Origin: Eledone cirrhosa
Taxonomy: Eukaryota
Length of the DNA stretch: 64,000 nt
Assembly (NCBI GenBank): GCA_964016885.1
Contig: OZ024741.1
Location: 112,592,001-112,656,000, forward strand
Direction: 5' to 3'
The notes beneath the pieces were generated by a model. That model worked only from the letters and a program-made list of their open reading frames with translations, had not been told where the DNA came from and made no database searches. Made by a program: the position numbers and the translations under genes. Below are positions 1-10,772 of this stretch, one piece after another; positions within the stretch are counted from its first letter, which is position 1, and every line of letters starts with the position of its first letter.

Positions 1-159
1 AAAAGGTAAAATTAATCTTTAAGAATAGGACTCCTTCTCCAGCAAGAGAATGTGCCTTGTCCTTAAAAATTATCATCTGGAGATCCTCTTTTATGGAACC
101 CCCTTCTAACAAGACAGTCCAAGGCAATTGCCCCTTTACTGCCCTATAAATCTAACCTT

Positions 160-315
160 GCTTCTACACAGTTTCCTCCAATCATATTCTACTCATAAGA
201 TATTGTTCAACATGAAATCATAGTAGACCACATTTACCCAAAATTCTGTGTAGTGGAATAGAATCTGGAACCATGAATTTAGGAAGTGAAATTCTTAAGC
301 ACTTCTCCTGTATGC
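160..315 (-). mobile_element. Degenerate tRNA-derived SINE (family C)
   Basis: Reverse complement resembles copies at 14370-14525(-), 41335-41470(+) and 60570-60730(+) (...ttaagaagtttgcttc...ggttcc...gaaactgtgtagaag). Confidence 0.4.
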
Positions 316-576
316 TGATTCAACACCACAACAAAAGCACCCAGTCCACACTGTAGTGTGGTTGGTATTTGGAAGCACATCCAGCTGTTGAAACCAAGCC
401 AAAATACTGATCTGTATGAGAATGGCATTGTCTCCGGTCCTGACTTATCTCATAACGTGACAACCAGCTAACCCATGCAAGTGTGGAAAATAAGCTGTAA
501 ACGATAATGATGATGAAAACCACGAGTGAATGTCTTATCAGTCTTTAACATGGAATAAAATAAATGGAATAAATTA

Positions 577-960
577 GTGGTAGTGTTGGCATTGTTAGTG
601 ATAAAAATTATGAATGTTAGTTGTGATGATGTGGAGGTGGATGTTTTGTTAGAAATGTTGATGATTATTTTAGTTGGGTGTTTGATGATTATAACATTGG
701 TGATGATCATGTGTAATATTACTGGTGATGAAATAGATCATTGTAAGTGGCACGATAATGAGGATGTTCACAATGATGATGATAATAACAATGATAGCAG
801 CAATACGGATGATGTAAAGGATGAAGACAACAATGACGATGATGATCACAACAACAATGACAACAATAATGACAATGAAAATGATGATGACAATGATTAC
901 AAGGTTGAGGAGAAGGATGATGATGAAAATAATAATATAAATATTGATTGCAAGTCACAT
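577..960. repeat. Degenerate (GAT)/(AAC) trinucleotide low-complexity tract
   Basis: Runs of gatgat/aacaat; these generate the D/N-rich and H-rich spurious ORFs. Confidence 0.8.
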
Positions 961-1044
961 GTGATGGTAAATATGTCAGTTGTCTAAATGATTGTGGAAT
1001 AACAGGAAATGAGGCTTTTATTTTCTAGCAGTAGAAACAAAGGT

Positions 1045-1330
1045 GAAGATGGTAGTGATAGTGGGGCAGGGAGAGATAAAAGTAGCCATATTTGGGTGGT
1101 GATGGCTGTGACAATGGTGAAGGCCATAGTATGGAAGATGAGGATGAAGGTAGCCATATTTTGGTTGTAGTGGTTGTGAAAATGTTAGTGGTAGTGGGGA
1201 AGAAGGAAATAAAAGAAGCCATGTTTGGGTAGTGATGGTTGTGACAATGGTGAAGATGGTAGTGTGGAAGGTGTAGATAAAGTAGCCATATTTTGGTCAT
1301 ACTGACTATAATGATGACAGTAATGATGGT
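1045..1330. repeat. ~67 bp degenerate minisatellite
   Basis: Motif agccat(a/g)ttt(t/g)ggt recurs at about 1084, 1151, 1218 and 1284. Confidence 0.7.
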
Positions 1331-2374
1331 GTGGTATTGGTTTTGGTATTGACAATAGTGAAGACCATATGGTTGCATAGATGGTGTCAGTAGTTGTAAT
1401 AAGGAAAGAAATCATGTTAGTGTGTTAGTAGTGATGAATATATGTAATATTCCTAGAATAAACACAGAATATTTTCTAGAGTTAATCAAATTATATTAGA
1501 TGTGTCATATGAGAAACCAACATGATTGGTATTCTTGCTTTGGTAACATTGACAACCCTCCATCACTACCATGCCCCAACAACAGCAACCACAAACTCCT
1601 GTTCCTTAGTTGCTTAGTAACCAAAATTTATTTAACCAACCAACCTAAATGTATAATTCTAGATTGGTATATCTTTGGAGACAAGCATATTTCAAATGTT
1701 ACGTCTAGCATATGTCTCCTATTTAACCCTACATGCACCCAAGCTAACCCTCTGGCTGTTTGAGTATTTAACATATTTCTGTGCTCTGTAACAGGGCTTT
1801 AACCAAAGTACTTATCATCCTGACTACTGTATCCTTAAATATTGAATCACATATATACTGTATTAAATGCCGCCCTATACTACTCAAATTGCATTCGCAT
1901 GAACAATGAATCATTAACAGCAACTATTATTGTATTTCTTTTGTGGTATATAAATGATACAGACTGTATACTTCACAGTGGCATATTGATATGATTTCAA
2001 TTTCTCATGAGATCAATTTAGCTTAATATCCTTGTAAGTGAAATAGGATAAAAGGAAACTATTTGGAAGCCTGTCAGATGGATTGTGCCAGTAATTTAGA
2101 TGGTCAGCCTCATGTTTTATGTCATGCTGGTTCTACCTTAGAATTATATTAAGGGTAGATGTATTTGCAAAATCCTCAACCACTTACAAATTGACAAATG
2201 TGAGATTTACATCATCGAACATCTGGAATGTTCATTGTCAAATCTGATGAAGAATTATTGATCATCATATAAAGGTAATGGTAAAATCTAGAATTCAAGG
2301 AAACTTATGAAGAACTAGTTTAATAACAATAGTGATAAAATCTGAGAGAGTTAGTAGGTGTCATTAAGTTTAGG

Positions 2375-2590
2375 GTGGTGGAGTGGCAGTATCAGTAGAG
2401 AATCAAATAGAATGCTTTGTGATATTTAGTTACAACTTTTTATGTTCTGACTTCAAATCACACCGATGTAAACTTGGCCAGTCATCATTCTGAGGTCGAT
2501 AAAATAAAATACTAGTTAAGTAATGGAGTTCATATAATCGATTTTCACCTACCCCCAAATTGCTGGCCTTGTGCCAGTGTCAGAAATATT
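2375..2590 (+). mobile_element. tRNA-derived SINE (family A)
   Basis: A-box-like tggcagtatcagtaga, B-box-like acttcaaatc, shared core gtcgataaaataaa...ttgctggccttgtgcc. Confidence 0.7.
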
Positions 2591-3325
2591 TAAGTTTAGT
2601 TGTCATGAGGATTGGAAATAATTTACATTTTGAACTAAGGTCTTTCTACAGAGATTGATCTTAGTCTGAAACATAAGATTTATTCTCTCTTCACAACACC
2701 TAAACTTATTAATACTTAGAAACTCTCTTTGATTTTGTATAAAATTAAACATAGAAATATGTATATATATGTATATATATGTATGTCTATATATATATAT
2801 ATATATAAATATATATATACACACACACGTGTGTGTGTGTATTTATATATATATATATTTGTGAATGAAATAAAAAAAATATCAAATAAAAGTTTAAATA
2901 AAGCTATGTCAGTTGTCTTCTTGACAAAAATATCTTAAGGGAAATGATTTTCAAGGAATATAGGCTGTTTTTGGAAAAGTCAATATTTTATTATTTCATA
3001 TGGCTTAGTGCTGCAAGATACCTTGACAATATAATGGTCAATATTTTTTTTCTTTTAGTAAATCAAGTACACTAATGAATATTAAGATTATTGTTGAAAG
3101 AAGTTTATGGAGATGACGAGTTTCTGTTATCTTGCAAACGATACAATGCACTAGAAGAGACAAGATGCTGTATAATAATAATAATAATAATAACAATATA
3201 TATATTTCTGAGTATGTGTGTATGCATGCATACATACACACACATATATGCATATATATATATATATATAAGTATGTATACGTACATACATATATGTATA
3301 CAGACGTACAGTAGTATGTATATAT

Positions 3326-3752
3326 ATACATACATGCACACATATATACATGTACGTATGGGTTTACCAAACATTTATCATAATGCTCGGTTTGTTTGTA
3401 AACAAACAAAAAGAAATTTCGTTTCATTTTTTCCATTTATCATTTTCGGTGCTCCCGGCCGACTAACTCACTCGACATTCAAATTAGGCTGCTCAGCCGT
3501 TAATATGCATAAAGAAAGTATATACTTTCAGACGTTCAATCATCTGGCAGGAAGGTATACGAGGCTGACGATAGCTAATAAGCTTGAAACTAGTATATCG
3601 TTCCTTTGTCAGTGTTGAACAAAAGGGAAACGATGGTTGCTAAACACTGTACGGCTTAATTCGGGCTTTTTTTTATTTACAAACAAACCAAGCTTTATGA
3701 TAAATGTTCAGTAAACCCATACGTACATGTATATATGTGTGCATGTATGTAT
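3326..3752 (+). mobile_element. Hammerhead cassette flanked by inverted repeats (Penelope-like pLTR derivative)
   Basis: 77 bp inverted arms at 3326-3402 and 3676-3752 enclose a hammerhead-like core at 3558-3601. Confidence 0.6.
3558..3601 (+). ncRNA. Minimal type-I hammerhead ribozyme-like motif
   Basis: acgagg CTGACGA t agc-taataa-gct t GAAA CTAG TA tatcgt: catalytic boxes, short stem II, palindromic stem III (CTAG) and a partly paired stem I. Confidence 0.65.
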
Positions 3753-4935
3753 CATCATCATCATCATCATCATCAACGTTTAACGTCCGTGTTCCACGCT
3801 TGCATGGGTTTGGACGGGGGTAGTCCCACTTGAGGCAAGAGTGATTGTCTTGCTCGCATAGGACTGTCTGGCAGGTTTTCTACAGTTGGATGCCCTTCCT
3901 AACACCAACCACATTTACAGTGTGGGTCTGGGAGGTTTTTACCGTGTTGCCTACACGGCCACATTACAGCGTGGACTGTGTGTTTTTTTGTCGTGACACC
4001 TACACGATCTCATTTGTTTCGGCCTCGATGGCGCGGCACCAACATAACTTTACATAGAACGGGGTGGTGTGGATCGGGTGGGGGTGGTGGTGGTGGGACG
4101 GGGTGTATTTTGTTAGAGATGCCTACTGGCTGGAGTAGGTTTTACTATATATTTAGGTAAGGCGGGTCTTCTCTGTTACTGAGTACCGCCAAAGGTCTCG
4201 GTCCAGTGACATTGTCTTGGAGAGGTGTAAGTGTGTGATGTCGGAGTTTATCAGCTCGTCCCAGGTTTTTCTAGGTCTGCCTATTCCGTGACTACCGTCT
4301 ATCTTTATTGCCCTGCACTTTGTTATACAGCTATCGACTTTCATGCGCATCACGTGTCCATACCAACGTAGCCTTCTCTCGAGTAAACAACATCTGATCC
4401 CTCTTATCTCTAATTTTTTCCTTAGTTCGTTTATGCTTTGCCGTTCACGTATATTACTGTTACACATCCAGCGGAGCATGCAAGCTTCGTTCCTCTCTAG
4501 TCTGCGTATATCCTCTGCACACAATGCCCAGGTCTCACTGCCATGCAGCATTGCTGTTCGTATGCAGGCATCGTACAACCTGCCTTTCATTTTTAGTGAG
4601 AACCCTTTAGCAGCTAATAGTGGTATAAGCTCTCTGAACTTTTTCCAACCAGTTCTGACTCTAGCTACAGTACTTTCAGAGCACCCTCCCCCACTGCTGA
4701 TTTTATCGCCCAGGTAACGGAAGCTGTCCACTATTTCTATAGAACCCTCTGCGCAATTGAAAGAGCTAGTAGTTTGTGGGCACTTGCTGCTACTTATTGC
4801 ACCAGAGCACCGGCCACATGTAAAATCTATGTTCTTAGTTAGCTTACCTGTGATCCCACTACATCTTTTATGCACCCATACTTTGCATTTAGGACATAAA
4901 ATGGAGTTTCTACCTACGCCTTTCCTACACACCGA
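3753..4935 (-). mobile_element. 5'-truncated RTE-clade LINE (C-terminal ORF + 3' UTR + (GAT)n tail)
   Basis: ORF 4153-4935 has VDSFRYLGD, ARVRTGWKKF, LHGSETW, RRLRWYGHVMRM and GRPRKTW; the 3' UTR ends ggacgttaaac(gat)n. Confidence 0.92.
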
Positions 4936-5077
4936 TGTGTCTGTATACATATATGTATGCGTCTGTATACATATATGTATGTACGTATACATACTTATAT
5001 TTAAGTAACAGCCGTACTAAGAGTGAGAAATGAAATTTTGTTTCATTTTTCCCATTTATATATATATACACACACAT

Positions 5078-5111
<34 letters not shown>

Positions 5112-5715
5112 CATGATCATCATCACCACCGTTTAACACCCATTTTTCCATGCTAGCATAGATTTGACGAGTTGTCTTGTGAGATAGGCCAAGTCAGGTG
5201 ACCATGTCTTGTTCATACAGAACTGATTTTGGCTTGGTTTCTATAGCTGGATGCCCTTCCTAAGGCCAACCACATTAACAGTGTGTACTAGGTGCTTTTT
5301 GCCGTGCTGCTATCACAACCACTTTAGTGTATGGGCTGAGGACTTAGGTGGTGGAGGGGATTGGTGAGGAGTATATGGGCACATGTGAGAGGCAGAGAGG
5401 ACGTGTGAGGTGAATGGAAGGGGGATGAGGGTGAAGGTGGTGCATATTAGATGCCTGCTTCAGCTAGTACTCATGGGAGGTGTATGTAAGGAGAGGATGG
5501 AGATAAAGCTGGTGCATACTATATGTATGCTTCAGCCTGTGCTCATGGAAAGGCAGGTTTTCTGTATTACTGCATAACACCAGAGATCTTTGTCCTGTGT
5601 CATCAACTTTGAGAGATGCAATTGTTCAGCTTTTATCACCCATCCCAAGTCTTCTTAGGTCTTCCTACACAATAGCTTCCATCAACGTTGATCACTCTGT
5701 ACCTTTTTATACAGC
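5112..5715 (-). mobile_element. Older RTE 3' end (ORF tail + 3' UTR)
   Basis: GRPKKTWD-encoding sequence near 5640-5670(-) plus the ctggatgcccttcctaa module and (CAT)n tail. Confidence 0.7.
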
Positions 5716-5847
5716 CAATACACTTAAATACATATATACTTATAAATACACATATATATAGTCGTAGTAGTATGTGAGTATCAATTCAATTGGCTATAAT
5801 CTTAAACCAAACTAAAATGAGGCGAAATGAATCACTGTTATTATTAG

Positions 5848-6075
5848 ATGGTAGATTGGCAGAATCGTTAAAGCATCAGACATCCAGCTTTGTGGCAAAA
5901 AGTAATGGCCTTTTACGTCCTGAGTTCAAATCCCGCCGTGGTTAGCTTTGCCTTTCATCCTTACAAGTTAGATAAAATAAAGTACCAGTAAAGCGCTGGA
6001 GTTGATTTACTTGACTTGCATCTTTCACTCCTAAAATTGTTGGCCTTGTGCTTAAATCAGAAACCATTATTATTA
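5848..6075 (+). mobile_element. tRNA-derived SINE (family A)
   Basis: tggcagaatcgttaaag, gagttcaaatccc, ctttgcctttcatcc, gataaaataaagtaccag and a (tat)n tail. Confidence 0.8.
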
Positions 6076-9000
6076 GTAGTATTTGTGTGTGTGATTACTT
6101 TTCCTATCACCTGCTGCAAATAAAATATTTCATTACCTAGCATTTAGGGGTATGATAAATTAGAATAATATAAACAAGACATAACAAATATAAAAATAAT
6201 TACAATAATAAAATAGTATTACTAATAATATATAAAATATAAAAATACTAATAACATAGACAAGTAACAACTGAACAAAAAATATGGAGTAAAAAGAAAA
6301 ATACAGAAGGTTTAGAAAAATGGTAGTATTGGTAAAACATTGTGTATCAGAAGGTGGGATCCTACAATATAATGATATGACAATATCACTGTATTTTTCA
6401 CATCACATATAATTACAAAATAGAATACAGCTTCATTCACTCCAAAATGAAAATCTTAACAGGCCTGACAGAATAATCATGAACCACAATAAAACCATAA
6501 ACAAAAAAAATGCGACATTTAAGAATTCATGAAATTAGAATGAAGTTGATGGTTGAACTCCCTAATTCTATTTTATTATCCTTAATCTGCACCCAAAGGA
6601 AATCTTCCAGCAAGCAGTGTAACTTCATAGCTGCTCAGTTAGAATACCACAACTTAGTGGGAGGAGGGGAAAGAAGAAGAAAGGAAGAAAAAAAAGTATT
6701 GAACTCCATCATTGACTTTGTCTTTCAACTAAACATTGCACACTGTAACAGTTTATTTGTTTAATTATTTATGTTATTACTTTTATTCTTAATTATTTAT
6801 TCAATTCTCTCATTCTTTGTATCTGCTCCCCACCCCATTTTTAAATTTCACTTTACTTGCCACCTTCCTCCTCTCCCTTTCATTTGGTCAAGCACTTAGG
6901 TATCTGATTTTCTAAAGGTAAAAAAAATTTCTTTGCTGCTGGGTCTTCTCCTCCTACCTCTCAGGTATTTGCTGTCAATGGTAGAGGAGGAAGTTGAGGG
7001 TGAGTATATGCAGGGGTTAGGGTGGGTGTATGCTTTCGGTACTTGAAATAAAGAAGGTTTGCATGGTCGCCTGGAAACGTGTGGATTCATATATATATAT
7101 ATTTATATTGAAGATGGATAAAAATCATGAAACACTAGTGTCTGGTATTCTCACATAGCTACTGAAATATCTGTGACATTATCATAACTAAAAATATTCA
7201 TAGTGGGACTTGTATATATTTATTATACATATCATAGCCATCTCAGTAATCATGTGAAAACACTACTTTTTCAAATTTGTTATCCATGTTCAATGATGTT
7301 TACTTACACAGTACTGAATTATGCTATGTTAGTGCTACTGCTAATTAATACTAGTCCACCAAGTCAGCAATATATGTGAATGAGCATATGATAATCTATA
7401 TAAGCTACAGCTTATTCAGCTGACTAGGTAATAGCCCACATATATTTTTATTAGGAGAATGAGCAAGGTGATTATTATGGTAACAAGGGTGCTTTTTATA
7501 GCACTAATGATTCTGAACTAAGTGATGATTATTAGTATGTATATCCGTATAGATTTCACACAGTAGTGTAAATTGCATAAAGTAATTTAGAGTACACATA
7601 GCCATGCAGTGTGTAGAGAGCAGTGCAGTCAGTACTTTTGAGTCAGATGATGATGAACAGGGTGGACTAATAAGTTAAACTTCTCTCTTTCCAGAAATAT
7701 TAAATTCCTATAATTAGCTAAATATTGTATATGATATGTCCAAAAGCTACTAATCCTAAAAAATATTCTCAAGTCTTGATTTTCATTGACATTGTTTTAA
7801 GAGAAAAATTTTTACGAAAAATATAATCTCCATTAAAATTATTCATATATTCTAGATCTCTGCTATAAAACTCAATTATTGGATAACTTAAAAATTGAAG
7901 AATGAAAATTTGAGAGATGCTGTAAGCTAGTGAAACCAGATATTAAAAAATTTATAAGCAGGTTTAAAATCGTTCCATCCCCTCCATATTTAAATTCCAC
8001 CAAATTTAGGAAATAAAAAGTCAGTCAAAAATTTTAAATAGAAATGAAAGAATGAAATTTAATTTATTTCATTTTTTTTTATATATTTTTTTTACAAAAA
8101 ATAATAAAACTGTTATTCCAAGGACATTCCAAACACAAATTCTTTTCCCAAAAGGGAAATTTTAATTCTAAATTAGAGAAAAAATATTTCAGTGTATTAA
8201 AGGTTACAATTAACATTTATTTTCTAGATATTGTTACAATTGTCAGGAATCATTGAAATGAATTTAACATTTTGTTTAAAAGTCACTGAAAATTTTTATT
8301 TCACATATAATCAAGTTTCTACACCATCGCATTTTGCTAGTTCAGTAGTTCTATAATGTAACATAACTTTACATATTCTCTGAGGGAAATCTATGTTTAT
8401 TTCACTGAAGATAGATTAGCTGAACTTATTACAGCTGCTATAACCCTTTGGGTACGATATTTCTAATGGAATATATTGTCTATGTGTCTTAATTTATTTT
8501 GAAAATAACAATAAATTTGGAGGAATTTAGTGGTGTAGCTTAAGGTTTCCATTATTAAACTGATGTAAGGGTGGTGGATTAATGCTATCGGCAGTGTGTT
8601 AGACAGCATGCTTTGTGGCATATAGTTACATCTCTCTACATTCTGAGTTGATAAAATAAAGTTCCAGTAATCCACAGATTTGGTCAATTTTCTCCTCCCC
8701 AAAAATTGTTGGCCTTGAGCCTAAATCAGAAACCATTATTAAGCTGATGTTTGGAACACGATTTAACAAAATGCTCTTACATAAGATTATGGAAGATTTT
8801 AATCTAAATAAGAACACTTTAAAACAAACAACTTTGTATTATAAAACCAAGCGTAGTTTCAGGCAGGTTGTTATCAAAAGAGTTAACTTCAAATAGATTT
8901 GGTATAAATTAAAACATGGTCCTAAGATTAGCATCTTTCATACCAACTCTCCTAAAATTTCCCGTTTCTATGAAAAAAAAAGGCACCCTCTTTAAGGAGT

Positions 9001-10381
9001 TCTTATTTAAATTGAAACCTACGGACATAATTTTACATAAGAATCATTTGTTATGTTAGAAATATAATCTTGATAATGAAATAATTAATAAGTTTAGTAA
9101 ATCCTTCGAAATTCTCAATTGAAATTTCACATGACTCTTAACCTTTTGAGTACATGTGACACAGTTGTGGTCCATAACATTGTAATGCCCACAATGACTT
9201 GTGTATTTGCAAGATGCATGTTTGTGTATTTATATGATTTTAAAAAAGTTTTCTGGATCTAAGTCACATAAAATGGCCCAGAGAAAGTTATCAGGTAATA
9301 TCATATAATATTAAATTTTGATTAGGGAAATGAACAGGAGGTTATTAGAGTAACAAGAATGATTTTTAAAGCAACAATGATTCTGAACTAAGTGATGATG
9401 ATGAGTATGCATAGCAATGCAGAGTACACATAACAGAGTAGAGTGTATAGAGCAGTATAGAGTACACAGACCAGTACAAAGTATGCAGAATAATGTAGAT
9501 GACACATAGCATTATAGCATACAGGGCAGTGTAGAGTGCACAGGACAGTGCAGTCAGAACTGTTGAAGCAGAATTTAAACAAAATGTACCAAAATACCTG
9601 GGAATCAATATAGATGTCATAAAACATTCAGAAGCTTGGCCGTCAAAGACGTAAGAATCCAATTAGATATGAGAAGTTTTAAATACAATTAAAAACTCTA
9701 TAAAACTAATAAATGTTAGATAACTTTGTAATTAACAATTCAAATTTGAGGGTCATTTTCAGAAATTTAGTATTAAAGACATCTAATTATTTTAGAATAT
9801 AATCCTTTTTTTTTTAAAGAATGAAGTAATTAAATTTGAAATTGTTTTATAATTGCTTTCAACATTTTCCACCTTAATTCCTAATTCATATTTCATGACA
9901 AAACAGCATTTCAATGTTATATAGTTTTCAAAACTTTAATATAATTACAGTAGATGAGAATTTTGTTGTATAATGAAAGAAGCTTGTATATAGTTTATAT
10001 TACAGGAAATATGAGGTATCTCATTAAAATTGTTTTTAAGTATTTGACTGCCCAAAACATATTTGTATATATTTTACCTCCCAAAAAATGTGTATACATT
10101 TTATTTTAGAGTGTGATGCACAGGACCAGAAAAAATAGAGCAAATTGATACCAAACTGCTTGAAACTGACCTTGGTTCTACGATGCAAAATTGCTTAATT
10201 CTATGTGTGTGTGAACATGCATATATATATATATAAAGAGAGAGAATAGTAAAATCCTGACAGCGATGCCAAGCTGAAACTACTTGGCATCGCGATCAGG
10301 TTTTTATTTTCCTCTATACCTACTCTGCTTCTTCCCATTCACCAGATTCTCTCTCTTTCTCTCTCTGTATATGTATATATA

Positions 10382-10772
10382 TGGAGGCACATGGCTCAGT
10401 GGTTAGAGCATTGGCCTTGCAATCGAAAGGTTGTGTGTTCAATTCTCAGACCAGGTGATGTGTTGTGTCCTTGAGCAAAACACTTTATTTCACATTGCTC
10501 CAGTTTACTCAGCTGTAGAAATGAGATGATAGGACTGGGGTCCCTATCATTCCACTGCAAAGTGGTCATGGAGGTGCCACGGTAAAAAAGCACCCAGCCC
10601 ACAGTGTAAAGTGGACGTGTAGGCGCCACGGAAAAAAGCACCCAGCATTCACTGTAAATGAGGTTGGTGTTAGGAAGGGCATCCAGCTGTAGAAATCAAG
10701 CCAGAATCAATTCCCGTCCCACCCTTGCAAGCAGGGAAAAGCGGACGTAAAATGATGATGATGATGATGATA
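10382..10772 (+). mobile_element. Full-length tRNA-derived SINE (family B) with RTE-type 3' tail
   Basis: A box tggctcagtgg, B box gttcaattc, core gtgtccttgagcaaaacacttt; its tail cccgtcccacccttgcaagcaggg...ggacgtaaaa(tga)n is nearly identical to the RTE end at 28520-28570. Confidence 0.88.

Noticed and set aside
577-987. 136 aa acidic D/N-rich ORF
   Set aside because: It is the translation of a degenerate trinucleotide repeat, with no domain or splice support.
6510-6764. 84 aa ORF as a host exon
   Set aside because: No recognisable motif and no convincing splice-site pair.
7506-7530. C/D-box snoRNA (tgatga and ctga motifs, repeated at 9376)
   Set aside because: Box order and spacing are wrong and there is no terminal stem.
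10382-10455. tRNA gene
   Set aside because: The A/B boxes run directly into a SINE core and LINE tail, so this is a SINE head.
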